This document shows positions 33,654 to 42,725 of a stretch of DNA of 64,000 bases, in pieces. The notes under the pieces were generated by a model. That model was not told the origin of the DNA. It did no database searches and was given only the letters and a program-made list of their open reading frames with translations. The stretch's first letter is position 1. Every line of letters begins with the position of its first letter. Origin of the DNA: a virus (lineage: Duplodnaviria > Caudoviricetes); IMG/VR virus record IMGVR_UViG_3300024331_000007, positions 160,001-224,000 of that record; one strand, 5' to 3'. The position numbers were made by a program, and so were the translations under genes.

Positions 33654-34630
33654 CCGTGCGTTTGAACATGTTTCTTTCTTACATATTTCCCAACAACCGT
33701 TCTAAATTCCCGAAACTGAAAAGTTGACGCTGGTCTAATTACATATCCTTCTTGTTTAGTAGTGTCAATCGAGGATAAGATTTTTTCTTGTAAATCGTCA
33801 GTCCATATTCCGCGATAAATTACTGGCACAGTTTCGAGGTCAAGTAATTTTGCATACATTACCGTGTCATCCCAACTTAGACAAGTCATTCCATCCCAAA
33901 TACTAAAAACTTGACAGAAGGCTTTCAAATTCTCATAGTATATCGAGTGTACCGCTGTCAAATTTTCACAGCATATCCTGAATGTTTTCGGGATGTTATG
34001 AGCGATTTGGGCGTGAAGTGCCTTTATTTGGTTTCGGCTTGGATGCGGCTCGTAATCAATACTTCTCGCATGCAAATCGTTCCAATAGAAAGATGTATTC
34101 TCACCGTCCATCTTTTCAGTTACCACGACTTCGTGATTCCAGCTTGCCACAACCTCGGCAGGCAACCGCCTGTCGTCCTTTGTAGCACCGGGACTCCACG
34201 GAAGATGGTATGTTCGAGGATACTTAACCTTTTCGGTGAAAAGATGGAGCACAGGTTCCAAAACTTTCTGAACACTGAGGTCTTCGAACAATTCTCCACG
34301 AACACGCTGCTCATTCGGCAAAATAGGATTTCCCCATTTGTCGTATCTTTGATCGCCATAAAGATGTTCAGGAAGAATGACGGTTTTGATTTTTGCAGCT
34401 TCTCGCAATACTTCAGTGCTGAGCATAGTGCTCTCTGCGTCAAGATGGCAAATTCCACAAACTGTCACACCATTATCAAGATAGTATCCGCCATCATGAA
34501 ACAATCTACGTTCCATAATGTGATGGGCATCTTGTCCCGGTTTTTTGCAGTAGACACACAGAGAGTTATCGCGCTGGAATACACCAGTACGGAATTGGTC
34601 GCGTGTTAGAAGTTTCGGTTCCATAATCAA
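33611..34630 (-). CDS. HNH-domain-RNA ligase fusion
   Basis: N-terminal CVYC..AHHI...CGICH; ligase motif I TEKMDGEN, QEGYVIR, KYVR. Confidence 0.88.
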   Translation of the reverse strand: MIMEPKLLTRDQFRTGVFQRDNSLCVYCKKPGQDAHHIMERRLFHDGGYYLDNGVTVCGICHLDAESTMLSTEVLREAAKIKTVILPEHLYGDQRYDKWGNPILPNEQRVRGELFEDLSVQKVLEPVLHLFTEKVKYPRTYHLPWSPGATKDDRRLPAEVVASWNHEVVVTEKMDGENTSFYWNDLHARSIDYEPHPSRNQIKALHAQIAHNIPKTFRICCENLTAVHSIYYENLKAFCQVFSIWDGMTCLSWDDTVMYAKLLDLETVPVIYRGIWTDDLQEKILSSIDTTKQEGYVIRPASTFQFREFRTVVGKYVRKKHVQTHGHWMRTKLAYNKVV

Positions 34631-34643
34631 CTCTCACGTAATT

Positions 34644-34672
34644 ATCGTACTGTAAAGGATTATGGTTGTCAA
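34644..34672 (-). promoter_or_regulatory. sigma70 promoter
   Basis: TTGACA-17-TACGAT. Confidence 0.7.
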
Positions 34673-34812
34673 CCAAAATCTTCAATACGATTACCAAATA
34701 TTAAAAATAAACAGCGCAAGAAGAAGCCAATTACCCTCGCTCATATCTTTTGGCTTGTGCTCAAAGCAGCCAACCAACCACAAGCCAAGCAGTATAACTA
34801 TAGCTGTGTGCA

Positions 34813-35106
34813 TTATTTGCCATCCTTTGAACTGGAGCTAGACGAACTTTTAAACAGAAAGGATGTAAGAACCATAATTCCCCATGCCTGTTTCCAAGAA
34901 ATAAGATGGACTCCAACTACAGCGGGAACTAGGCACCCATTCCACAGTTTCATTACAGGCCAAGCAGATACGAATCCAATTATAACGAACAGCAATGCAA
35001 ATCCAGCCACTGTCAAAATTACTCGGAATCCAGATTCCATTGTATCTCCAATCTTCGCTTTCAAAAACTTCCCAACTATACTTCCAATCTTGTCTTCGAT
35101 ATTCAT
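34813..35106 (-). CDS. small membrane protein
   Basis: 2 TM; SWKQAWG motif. Confidence 0.6.
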   Translation of the reverse strand: MNIEDKIGSIVGKFLKAKIGDTMESGFRVILTVAGFALLFVIIGFVSAWPVMKLWNGCLVPAVVGVHLISWKQAWGIMVLTSFLFKSSSSSSSKDGK

Positions 35107-35711
35107 CGATGCCTCAATTCAGGCCACAAATGTGGTGTGCCAACAACAAGCAATCGCGTAAATCTGTTTATATCTCTGCTTGAAATAAAAGTTTCAGGAT
35201 CGATGTACATTCCGACAACTTCATGACTTTTATTCATCAGAGGATAACCCAATGTTGGACTTCCTAAAATCGCACCATGATAAGTAAACTCTTGATTCCC
35301 TCCATCGGCGATTTTCAATGGAACGATTTCCAACATATTTTCATCAGCAGCAGGCAGTAATTCTAAACAAGCAAGATTCAAACCGAGAGGATAATACCCA
35401 TGCGTCCTTAAAGTTGCCGAATGTATTTTTCCACCTATTGTAACCTCGATTGTTTTGTTCCCGCTTGGATGGCTTTGTTCCGATTCAATTATTTCGACGG
35501 CAGAGAAGGGAACGATAAAATCACAAGTAGACGTTGTAAATCCTGCGGAACGGCTTAGCACATATGAGGTTTCCTTTTTATCATAGTGATAATGCACCGT
35601 TACAGTCATGGTTCCTACTTCATAGTACCATGATGGATGAGACTCCTGAACAGGTTGGGCGAAAGATGAAATTGCGGAAACAGCTAGAAAACCAATAACT
35701 CCAATTTTCAT
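35103..35711 (-). CDS. exported protein, degenerate trypsin-like fold (tentative)
   Basis: Signal peptide; GSPTLGYPLMNKSHEVVGM resembles GxSGxPLLN-GEVVGI but lacks the Ser. Confidence 0.4.
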   Translation of the reverse strand: MKIGVIGFLAVSAISSFAQPVQESHPSWYYEVGTMTVTVHYHYDKKETSYVLSRSAGFTTSTCDFIVPFSAVEIIESEQSHPSGNKTIEVTIGGKIHSATLRTHGYYPLGLNLACLELLPAADENMLEIVPLKIADGGNQEFTYHGAILGSPTLGYPLMNKSHEVVGMYIDPETFISSRDINRFTRLLVVGTPHLWPELRHR

Positions 35712-35932
35712 TATGACACCTTTCTTTTTTCGTATTCCTCAGCAATGTACCAACGTCTCGTCAATCCAGTTTGTTCCGCGTCTTTGTTCAGATAATCAAT
35801 TTGAGCACGAGAACAAATAGCCTTCATTCCGTTGAACGGGCTTCCGTCAACATCTTCACAAATCACGTCAACTAAACTGTGTCTGTTCGCATTCATAGAT
35901 AAATGATACCTCCATCCAATCACTCCACACAA
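35711..35932 (-). CDS. hypothetical protein
   Basis: ORF track. Confidence 0.5.
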   Translation of the reverse strand: MCGVIGWRYHLSMNANRHSLVDVICEDVDGSPFNGMKAICSRAQIDYLNKDAEQTGLTRRWYIAEEYEKRKVS

Positions 35933-36332
35933 TTCTTTCAGATGGCTTTTTAAACTCTCGAACGTAATATTTCTTTTCCCACAACTTTCCTCGTTTGTTG
36001 TTGCATTTAAAACAGCTACCCACTAAATTTCTCCAATGATTTGTTCCACCAACTGAAATTGAAATTATGTGATCAACGGTAAACTGTTTCACATCTCCGC
36101 CACTACCTTCTAAAACACAGTCACATTTACACCACCAGCATTTTCCATGTTGTGCTTCCCACAAACGCAAACGGTGCGATCTATACTTATTTTTTCGGCG
36201 CACGGTTGTATACGGAGCATCTGTGACGTAACTTTGCATTAAATCCAAATCATAACCCAGAATAATTTTTCCAAATTGTTCAAGAGCATGCTCATAGAAG
36301 TCTATCATAGCCCCAACGTCTTTCTCACCCAT
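35868..36332 (-). CDS. HNH endonuclease
   Basis: CWWC...TVDHII...GGTNHWRNLVGSCFKCNNKRG. Confidence 0.85.
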   Translation of the reverse strand: MGEKDVGAMIDFYEHALEQFGKIILGYDLDLMQSYVTDAPYTTVRRKNKYRSHRLRLWEAQHGKCWWCKCDCVLEGSGGDVKQFTVDHIISISVGGTNHWRNLVGSCFKCNNKRGKLWEKKYYVREFKKPSERIVWSDWMEVSFIYECEQTQFS

Positions 36333-38320
36333 GCGTCGTCAACAATCTTGATGCCCTTCTTTTGTGCCTTCGCCAACTTGGAACCGGGCTTATCGCCAAC
36401 GATCACAAGGTTGCAATTGGATCGCACATCGTCAACAATCTCCGCGCCGAGTGCTTCCAACTTTACGCCAACTTCCTTGCGAGTTCCCATGCTGAGTTCG
36501 CCAGTCATGCAAATCACGATTCCAGCAAGCGGAGCACCAGCAGCAACAGTCTTTGCCACGAGAGCAGCAGGACGGACGCCAGCCTTGTACAGCCGTTCGC
36601 AGAGCAGAACGCTATCCTTGTTCTTCGCCCATGCGATAACGCCAACAGTCTTAACTTTTCCAAGTTTCTCCAGATTCAACTTTGGCAAAGTCAGAAGCAA
36701 GGCAGGAAGATTTTTCATGTCTTCCGTTCCAAGATTCAACGCCTTCGCAATATCCTCACCTAGCGAGTGTCCGATGTTCGGAATGTTAAGACTTGCAATC
36801 CAACGATCCCAATTCGCAGTCTTTGCTTTTTGAATCGACTTTGCCATCTTTGCAACATTCTTTGCAGACGTAAAGCCAATACCCTTGATGCGATTTGAAA
36901 ACTGCGTTTCAGTGTCACCAGCCAAGGCAAACATAACATTGTTGGAAAATTCAACCAACTCAGCAATATTGGTTGCTTTTTTGAGTGAAACAAGTTCTTC
37001 GGCCATTGACTCGCCCAAATTGTCAATCTCAAGTGTTTCGCGATTGCCAATATACTTGAACTGCTTAGCAGCCTTGCCACCGCAGAAATTGTTCGGGCAG
37101 AATCGCTGAATGATTTCCTCAGTCGTATCAAACGCCAGCTTCGTTTTGCAAGATGGGCAAGTTGTCGGGAAAACGATCTTCTGAGTTCCCGGCTTCGTCA
37201 CACCAACAATGTACGGGATAACGTCGCCAGAACGAAGAATTTTCACAGTGCAACCAATTGACAATCCAAGTGCTTCCATGTACGTTTCGTTGCAAAGTGT
37301 AGCACGAGCAACCATTGCGCCGCCTAGATTCACAGGCTTGAGCAACGCCACAGGTGTAATCTTGCCAGTGCGTCCCAATCCATATTCGATTCCAAGCAAT
37401 TTGGTTTCGGACGCGAGATTTTGTGGCTTGAAACAATTTTGGTATCGAGTAAATTTTGTTGCAACACCCAATAAATTACGAACTTTATGACTATCTGCCT
37501 TTATTACGACGCCATCAGCGATTATATCAGAATTTTCAATATTCTTAAGTGTGCGATGCAGTTCTGATAAAATTTGATTTTTCTGTACCTTCATGCCTTC
37601 GGGATGAGGAAATCCAAAATTAAAAGCTAACTTCATACGATCATATGCACTATCGGACAATAAATTATCTTCGGTTGGACAGTACATATCCCAAGGAAAA
37701 AATTCCAATTTACGAGATTTTACAATGGACAGGTCTTGCTGTTTGAGTGTTCCGCTTACTAGGTTTCTCGTGTTTGCATAATTCTTTCCACCAAGAGAGT
37801 TAATTCTTGCCAATTCAGAATTACGTATGACAACTTCTCCGCGAATCCGCAGATCGTGAATTTTTGTAATTATGTGTTGAGGGATTGCCTTGCAAACTTT
37901 AATTTGTGCTGACATATCTTCGCCAGAATTTCCATCACCGCGCGATACAGCGCGAGTTAACACGCCGTCGATATAAGTTAGTTCAGCACTGCACCCGTCA
38001 AATTTTGGTTCAATCAAAACCCAAGTTCCATAATTTTTTGCGGCATCCTCAAACGTCTCTTCAGTATAATAGTTCTCAATCGATAACATAGGTCTTGCGT
38101 GAGGAACACGCAACAAAGAATTGGCATCGACTCCAACCTGTGATAAAGTCGTGGCAATATTTGCATATTGAGGATTCATTACAATAAGCGCCGATAACTG
38201 AGCTTCTAATGCATCATACTGAGCATCTGTTATCATCGGACTACCACTATAATAGGCAGTCTGAGCATTCAAAAGTTCTTGGTTTATTTTCGAAATCGAG
38301 GTCTTAATCGTTTGACTCAT
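36305..38320 (-). CDS. ligA: NAD-dependent DNA ligase
   Basis: YY..TDAQYD, EPKFDG, RGDG, DGVVIK, GRTG.ITP, CPSC..C, BRCT domain; leaderless ATG 7 nt after -10. Confidence 0.95.
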   Translation of the reverse strand: MSQTIKTSISKINQELLNAQTAYYSGSPMITDAQYDALEAQLSALIVMNPQYANIATTLSQVGVDANSLLRVPHARPMLSIENYYTEETFEDAAKNYGTWVLIEPKFDGCSAELTYIDGVLTRAVSRGDGNSGEDMSAQIKVCKAIPQHIITKIHDLRIRGEVVIRNSELARINSLGGKNYANTRNLVSGTLKQQDLSIVKSRKLEFFPWDMYCPTEDNLLSDSAYDRMKLAFNFGFPHPEGMKVQKNQILSELHRTLKNIENSDIIADGVVIKADSHKVRNLLGVATKFTRYQNCFKPQNLASETKLLGIEYGLGRTGKITPVALLKPVNLGGAMVARATLCNETYMEALGLSIGCTVKILRSGDVIPYIVGVTKPGTQKIVFPTTCPSCKTKLAFDTTEEIIQRFCPNNFCGGKAAKQFKYIGNRETLEIDNLGESMAEELVSLKKATNIAELVEFSNNVMFALAGDTETQFSNRIKGIGFTSAKNVAKMAKSIQKAKTANWDRWIASLNIPNIGHSLGEDIAKALNLGTEDMKNLPALLLTLPKLNLEKLGKVKTVGVIAWAKNKDSVLLCERLYKAGVRPAALVAKTVAAGAPLAGIVICMTGELSMGTRKEVGVKLEALGAEIVDDVRSNCNLVIVGDKPGSKLAKAQKKGIKIVDDAWVRKTLGL

Positions 38321-38326
38321 ATACAT

Positions 38327-38355
38327 ATTATACCAAACATATTCTTAGAAGTCAA
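38327..38355 (-). promoter_or_regulatory. sigma70 early promoter
   Basis: TTGACT-17(..GTTTGG)-TATAAT. Confidence 0.88.
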
Positions 38356-38370
38356 GGCAAATTAAGTCCT

Positions 38371-39321
38371 TTATTTTGAGTCAGATATGATGGCCATTTT
38401 CAATATTTTCTTGATTTCTTTCTCTTTCCAATGCGGAATATACAAAATTTCCCAATTATTCTCTTGACAATATAACTTTTTTATTTCGTCTCGTTTCTTG
38501 TAGGTTTCAAAAATTTCATTCGTCTCTTTTTCAGATAATTTACCACTCCAATCAATCGGTCGATAATGCTGTTCTCCTTGAAATTCGATTAACAAGTTTA
38601 CAGTATCATTGTTCATGATTGCAAAATCGAATACAAGCGGATTTTTATATCTGCAATCTTCAAATCTGTATTGTCTAATATATTGTATCGAATTATTTTG
38701 AAGCCATTTCTCAATAATTCGTTCGCCCTTAGATGCAGAACAAACAGGACATCCAGTTTTCATATGAAGATGATTCATAGGAGATTGTAAAAATTCGCCA
38801 TGCGTAGGACAAATAATTATTACCTTTGTTCTACAATTTTTGTATTTTGTTTTACTGTAATCATAATAGGTTCCATGTATCTTTTTAGATTCTCCAATAA
38901 ATTTTTCAGTTGACCACGGCTGTTTATTTGAACAACAATAAGGTTTTATTCCATTCAATAAAGTGTTTACTCTTTGCTCAAAATATCCATGCTTAGGGCA
39001 TTTCAAAATAACTTTGGTTTTTGAACCCACCCAAACAAATTTATCAAATCCGTAGGTATCTCCGAACTTTTCTTTTATTTGTTTGACAACAAGTTCACTA
39101 TCAAATTTCTTAACTCGGCCTTCGCAATTCGGGCAGCAATTTTTATTCGGGGATAGATGATGACAAATCCATTGAAAAAATTTTGTCCCGCATCTCTTAC
39201 AGATAAGCGTAATTTTAGATTTACTACTTGTATAAACAAAATCCGAATAGTCGAATCTATCGCCGTGAATTGCTTGTGATCGTTCTATGATAACTTCTCG
39301 TGTTAATTTCTTATTTGCCAT
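38371..39321 (-). CDS. DUF723-like repeat plus Vsr/PD-(D/E)xK-like endonuclease
   Basis: Repeats of YDYS...K(V/I)xxxCxxHG.F.Q; C-terminal FDFAI...LIEFQGEQHY; TATAAATA at 39327. Confidence 0.85.
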   Translation of the reverse strand: MANKKLTREVIIERSQAIHGDRFDYSDFVYTSSKSKITLICKRCGTKFFQWICHHLSPNKNCCPNCEGRVKKFDSELVVKQIKEKFGDTYGFDKFVWVGSKTKVILKCPKHGYFEQRVNTLLNGIKPYCCSNKQPWSTEKFIGESKKIHGTYYDYSKTKYKNCRTKVIIICPTHGEFLQSPMNHLHMKTGCPVCSASKGERIIEKWLQNNSIQYIRQYRFEDCRYKNPLVFDFAIMNNDTVNLLIEFQGEQHYRPIDWSGKLSEKETNEIFETYKKRDEIKKLYCQENNWEILYIPHWKEKEIKKILKMAIISDSK

Positions 39322-39367
39322 ATATCTATTTATACAAAATATCAACATTGTTTGTTAAAATGGCATT

Positions 39368-39393
39368 AAAATAGCCCATCAGATGGGCTATTT
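39368..39393. terminator. terminator-like hairpin
   Basis: AAATAGCCCATC/GATGGGCTATTT. Confidence 0.65.
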
Positions 39394-39408
39394 GCTCAGT
39401 ATCTTAAA

Positions 39409-39642
39409 TTATTTTAAAGGATATTTGGCCTCAAATTCATCTTTCAACGCAACTTGTTTTGCTGCACATTGCCATGCCTCTTTACGAGTATCATGAGTGT
39501 GTGAGATACCGTGATAGCATCTATCAGAAACAGCGGGAATTACAATCAAAAAACCAGCCACACCGGGATCGCCGTCAGGCTTACAGGTTGCCTTTGGATA
39601 ACGAGCCAAAACTTTTTGTCTGTTAGTCATAAACCCTTTCAA
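39409..39642 (-). CDS. hypothetical; V-x-x-x-[YF]P-x-A family
   Basis: RQKVLARYPKATC...KEAWQCAA. Confidence 0.6.
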   Translation of the reverse strand: MKGFMTNRQKVLARYPKATCKPDGDPGVAGFLIVIPAVSDRCYHGISHTHDTRKEAWQCAAKQVALKDEFEAKYPLK

Positions 39643-40153
39643 ATCAATGGTTAACGAGATGCAGCAATGCGAATCGAATTCAACACAGATAACCCCTTCA
39701 TTTGGAAAGAGTTATCTGCCAATTTTGCTCCATTCTTGAGCAAATCTTTTGATTTTTGCTTGTTCTTCGTGCAATGTTCGGATACGAATTTCTTTCAATC
39801 GGGAAGCATTCGGGATGCTGTAATGCGAATTTTCGCGCAATGATGGAAACTGAGTGTCTACCTGTGCAATAAACTCGTCTATCTTCTTTAGAAAGAATGA
39901 CTTTGCATACAGCGCAAGATATTGCGGGATGCTATTCAGCCCCAATTTTTCGCGATGCTGAAACCATTCCACATGATCGTTCAGCGTGATCCGCTCTAAC
40001 TCATAGACAAACAAGACAATAGCGAGTAAATCCGCCGCGCTCTTTTTCGGGTTCTTTTGTGCAATTTCACGAAAATACTCTGACGGCAATTGTCTCATTG
40101 CAAGCCCTTTCAAATCAATGGTTAACGCGAAGCCGCAACGCGAATCGGATTCA
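39634..40153. repeat. ~49-nt imperfect direct repeat (39634-39682 and 40105-40153)
   Basis: Core CCCTTTCAAATCAATGGTTAACG identical; extends into the IR[IV]AASR* codons. Confidence 0.85.
39712..40113 (-). CDS. hypothetical protein bracketed by direct repeats
   Basis: ORF track. Confidence 0.6.
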   Translation of the reverse strand: MKGLAMRQLPSEYFREIAQKNPKKSAADLLAIVLFVYELERITLNDHVEWFQHREKLGLNSIPQYLALYAKSFFLKKIDEFIAQVDTQFPSLRENSHYSIPNASRLKEIRIRTLHEEQAKIKRFAQEWSKIGR

Positions 40154-40472
40154 TTCTCTGTACGAAACGAGTGAAAAGACCAGTGTAATTCGTGAAAAGG
40201 TCTTGCAGCGCGTCAAAATAGACGCCAGCCTCAGTCGCTACAACTTCATTTTTGTAACCGTTCGCCGTTCTACGGGCATTGACAAACTCAACTGTGTAAA
40301 GATCGTCGGGAGTCAGAGTGATTTTAACCAGCGTGATTTTGTTTTCGGCGTTCGGAACGCGAAACGAAAGAGAGTTGGTATCGCTAACAAAGGTATTTGC
40401 ACCAGTCATCATGCGAAAACGACCACCACCAAGTTGCTCATAAATCGTCTGCGAAACCGTCATATCAGCCAT
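40122..40472 (-). CDS. conserved phage early protein (IxxQLGGxxF family)
   Basis: TIYEQLGGGRFRMMTGA...DDLYTVEF...VYFDALQDLF. Confidence 0.75.
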   Translation of the reverse strand: MADMTVSQTIYEQLGGGRFRMMTGANTFVSDTNSLSFRVPNAENKITLVKITLTPDDLYTVEFVNARRTANGYKNEVVATEAGVYFDALQDLFTNYTGLFTRFVQRMNPIRVAASR

Positions 40473-40480
40473 TTGTCATT

Positions 40481-40531
40481 CCTCTCGACTACCTATATAG
40501 AATAACAAAGTTTGGTCAGAATGTCAACCAA
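40481..40531 (-). promoter_or_regulatory. early promoter plus leader/SD cassette, copy 1
   Basis: TTGACA-17-TATTCT-ATATAGGTAGTCGAGAGG. Confidence 0.85.
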
Positions 40532-40566
40532 AAAGTTGAATTATTTCGCTGTTTGTTTTCAGCGAC

Positions 40567-40830
40567 TTAACTACCAGTCGTCAAATGGTATACGTTTGGA
40601 TCAGTTGCGTCCTGTGTAAGTTGCTCAATATAAATGTGATGCACGTCGCCGCTCTTGCGAATCAGGGTATCAGCAGCAACATACAATTGGAGCCAAGTGG
40701 GATTCTCTGGGAGAGAAATGAACTGACTGCCATTATCGCCCCAATGCTCAGAGTAGGTCAGCGTAAGTCCTTTGCCATGAATACCTACGGCATCTGGCGT
40801 AAATCCAGCTTCCTCATACATCGACCACAC
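40567..40830 (-). CDS. hypothetical protein
   Basis: ORF track; GDxHHIYIE motif. Confidence 0.6.
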   Translation of the reverse strand: MWSMYEEAGFTPDAVGIHGKGLTLTYSEHWGDNGSQFISLPENPTWLQLYVAADTLIRKSGDVHHIYIEQLTQDATDPNVYHLTTGS

Positions 40831-40893
40831 TGATTTTGCGCCAAACGCTTCGCCAATATGACCCCAAAATCAATATTCCGAGTAATGTCCATC

Positions 40894-41064
40894 TTATTGA
40901 TTCTCCAGACTTTCGTGCGTCTCGACGGTCACGATTTCAGTTAATGGAAGAGTTGACGAACTGGCAAAGGTAATCTGCATACGCTGGCAACCTTCATAAG
41001 AGCCAGTATACAACCGCTGAGCACTCAAATCGTTGACAAATCTCAGAACAAATTCGCCAGTCAT
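40894..41064 (-). CDS. hypothetical early protein
   Basis: MTGEFVL after SD GAGAGG. Confidence 0.55.
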   Translation of the reverse strand: MTGEFVLRFVNDLSAQRLYTGSYEGCQRMQITFASSSTLPLTEIVTVETHESLENQ

Positions 41065-41069
41065 GTTTT

Positions 41070-41120
41070 CCTCTCGACTACCTATACAGAATAACAAACT
41101 TTGGGCAGCTTGTCAACCAA
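41070..41120 (-). promoter_or_regulatory. early promoter plus leader/SD cassette, copy 2
   Basis: TTGACA-17-TATTCT-GTATAGGTAGTCGAGAGG. Confidence 0.85.
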
Positions 41121-41132
41121 ATATTTAACTTT

Positions 41133-41329
41133 TTAAAGGCTTTGATATGTAGCGTTTAGGGCCATTGAATTGCATTTTCCAGCCAAACAATCTTCCGTTA
41201 CCCTAAATGCTTCCGACAGTTGGTACGTTCCTATATGATTGTCGGGTGGAAAATAGGCAGTCTTATCATCGTGTGATTGGATTTCCAACCATGCAAGATA
41301 AGGAAAAACTGTTTTTGTTCGTCAGTCAT
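41133..41329 (-). pseudogene. frameshifted 8th member of the YLxLxGW family
   Basis: MTDEQKQFFLILHGWK then, in the -1 frame, DDKTAYFPPDNHIGTYQLSEAFRV. Confidence 0.6.
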
Positions 41330-41494
41330 TCAGTCCGACTTTCTTAGCAATTTTTCGGATGAGTCGCAAACATTTGATATTGATTCCTAAACAAATCACA
41401 GCAATGATTGAGATGCCGATATGAAATTGCGGTGCATAGAACAGCCAGTTGATCGTAGATGGTTTCATGATGCTCTCCTATTGAACGAAACTAT

Positions 41495-41680
41495 TTACTC
41501 TGGCAAAGCATCTTTTTCTCGCTGTCTAGCGTATGCATAGCCCAACGACATTGCTATGGTTCCATCTGGACCGTGCCATTCAAACATACCATCGCATTCC
41601 AAAACTTCTACCCATCCATTGAGCATCAGGTAAAATTCCATCTCTTCAACGGATGAAACAAAATCAAGATTCATCGACAT
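41495..41680 (-). CDS. YLxLxGW paralog
   Basis: EEMEFYLMLNGW...AYARQR. Confidence 0.65.
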   Translation of the reverse strand: MSMNLDFVSSVEEMEFYLMLNGWVEVLECDGMFEWHGPDGTIAMSLGYAYARQREKDALPE

Positions 41681-41861
41681 TTTTCTGCCACTCAAATGCA
41701 TGATCTATATTTCGCGTCATAGAGTATTTTTTGAGAATTGGAGAATCTTTTGGCGGGAACCACCACTCAGTAGGATTTCCTGCTGACTGCCGTTCGTGCG
41801 TCCAGCCTAACAGTATCAAGTAAACTTCTTTTTCCTTTTTAGTCACGGCCACAATATTCAC
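41664..41861 (-). CDS. YLxLxGW paralog
   Basis: EKEVYLILLGW...WFPP...AFEWQK. Confidence 0.7.
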   Translation of the reverse strand: MNIVAVTKKEKEVYLILLGWTHERQSAGNPTEWWFPPKDSPILKKYSMTRNIDHAFEWQKNVDES

Positions 41862-42039
41862 CCCTCTCGTTTTTCTTCTGACATCTGTATGCCGCAGTCA
41901 ATCCGAAAATTCCTGAACTGGTTTGGTATGGACAAACATAATACGAACCTCCGAAAGTTTCGCTGCGTTCGTAAACCCATCCACACATTAGCAAATAGAC
42001 GTGCTGCTCCTGATCTTCCTTAGAAAGATTGTCCATCAC
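41839..42039 (-). CDS. YLxLxGW paralog
   Basis: QEQHVYLLMCGW...AYRCQK. Confidence 0.7.
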   Translation of the reverse strand: MMDNLSKEDQEQHVYLLMCGWVYERSETFGGSYYVCPYQTSSGIFGLTAAYRCQKKNERGEYCGRD

Positions 42040-42211
42040 GGAACCTCGCTAATTTATATGCATCACGCAACAGCAAAAAACCGGGACCGCCGTCTTCATA
42101 CCAAAATTCAAGATGATATGTGGCTTTCGGTTCGTCTTCCTCTAGTCGTTTGAACCCATGCAACATCACATATAATCTTTTTTCATCATCCGTTACAATA
42201 TGCTCATCCAT
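42020..42211 (-). CDS. YLxLxGW paralog
   Basis: DEKRLYVMLHGF...DAYKL. Confidence 0.65.
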   Translation of the reverse strand: MDEHIVTDDEKRLYVMLHGFKRLEEDEPKATYHLEFWYEDGGPGFLLLRDAYKLARFRDGQSF

Positions 42212-42379
42212 TTTGACGCCGCTCCATTTCCAATGCAACTTCCCGCGTCCAACGGAAACTGGACGGATAATTAGGTTTAGTGTATAAAATTGGAGCGTGA
42301 TCTTTTCGCGGCAACGGAATCCAGCCACAAAACAATAGATAGACGTGTTCTTCTCTTGCTCTGCGTCTCATCGTCCGTC

Positions 42380-42526
42380 CTATTCGTAGAAAATTCTGAG
42401 GATCAAAAATGCATAGTCTGTATCAACAACCGCATTGCGCGGTGTTTTCCAACGATTTTCCGAAAGGCGTTTCCATCCTGCAAACATGAGATACATTTCT
42501 TTTTCATTTTGGGGAATGTCAGGCAT
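42380..42526 (-). CDS. YLxLxGW paralog
   Basis: NEKEMYLMFAGW...YAF. Confidence 0.65.
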   Translation of the reverse strand: MPDIPQNEKEMYLMFAGWKRLSENRWKTPRNAVVDTDYAFLILRIFYE

Positions 42527-42527
42527 A

Positions 42528-42725
42528 TTATCGCAGACTCCGTTTCTGTGCTCTGTATGCTTTATCAAGAGACAAGGTGTAGCGATACCGTTTGTTGAAT
42601 GGGCTGCCCTCTGGTGGATAATACATAGTATGAGAACTTCCCGGCCAGTAAGAATTTTTAATTGGCAAAACCCGCCAGCCATTCAAAACTAAAAACATTT
42701 CCTTCGCATCATCAGAAAGTTTCAC
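42528..42725 (-). CDS. YLxLxGW paralog (GTG start)
   Basis: DAKEMFLVLNGW...YYPP...KAYRAQK. Confidence 0.7.
   Translation of the reverse strand: MKLSDDAKEMFLVLNGWRVLPIKNSYWPGSSHTMYYPPEGSPFNKRYRYTLSLDKAYRAQKRSLR

Noticed and set aside
33911-34609. 232-aa plus-strand ORF
   Set aside because: Antisense shadow of the RNA ligase.
29968-38320. Introns or inteins in nrdJ and ligA
   Set aside because: Both ORFs are continuous, of expected length, and lack intein C/HN motifs.
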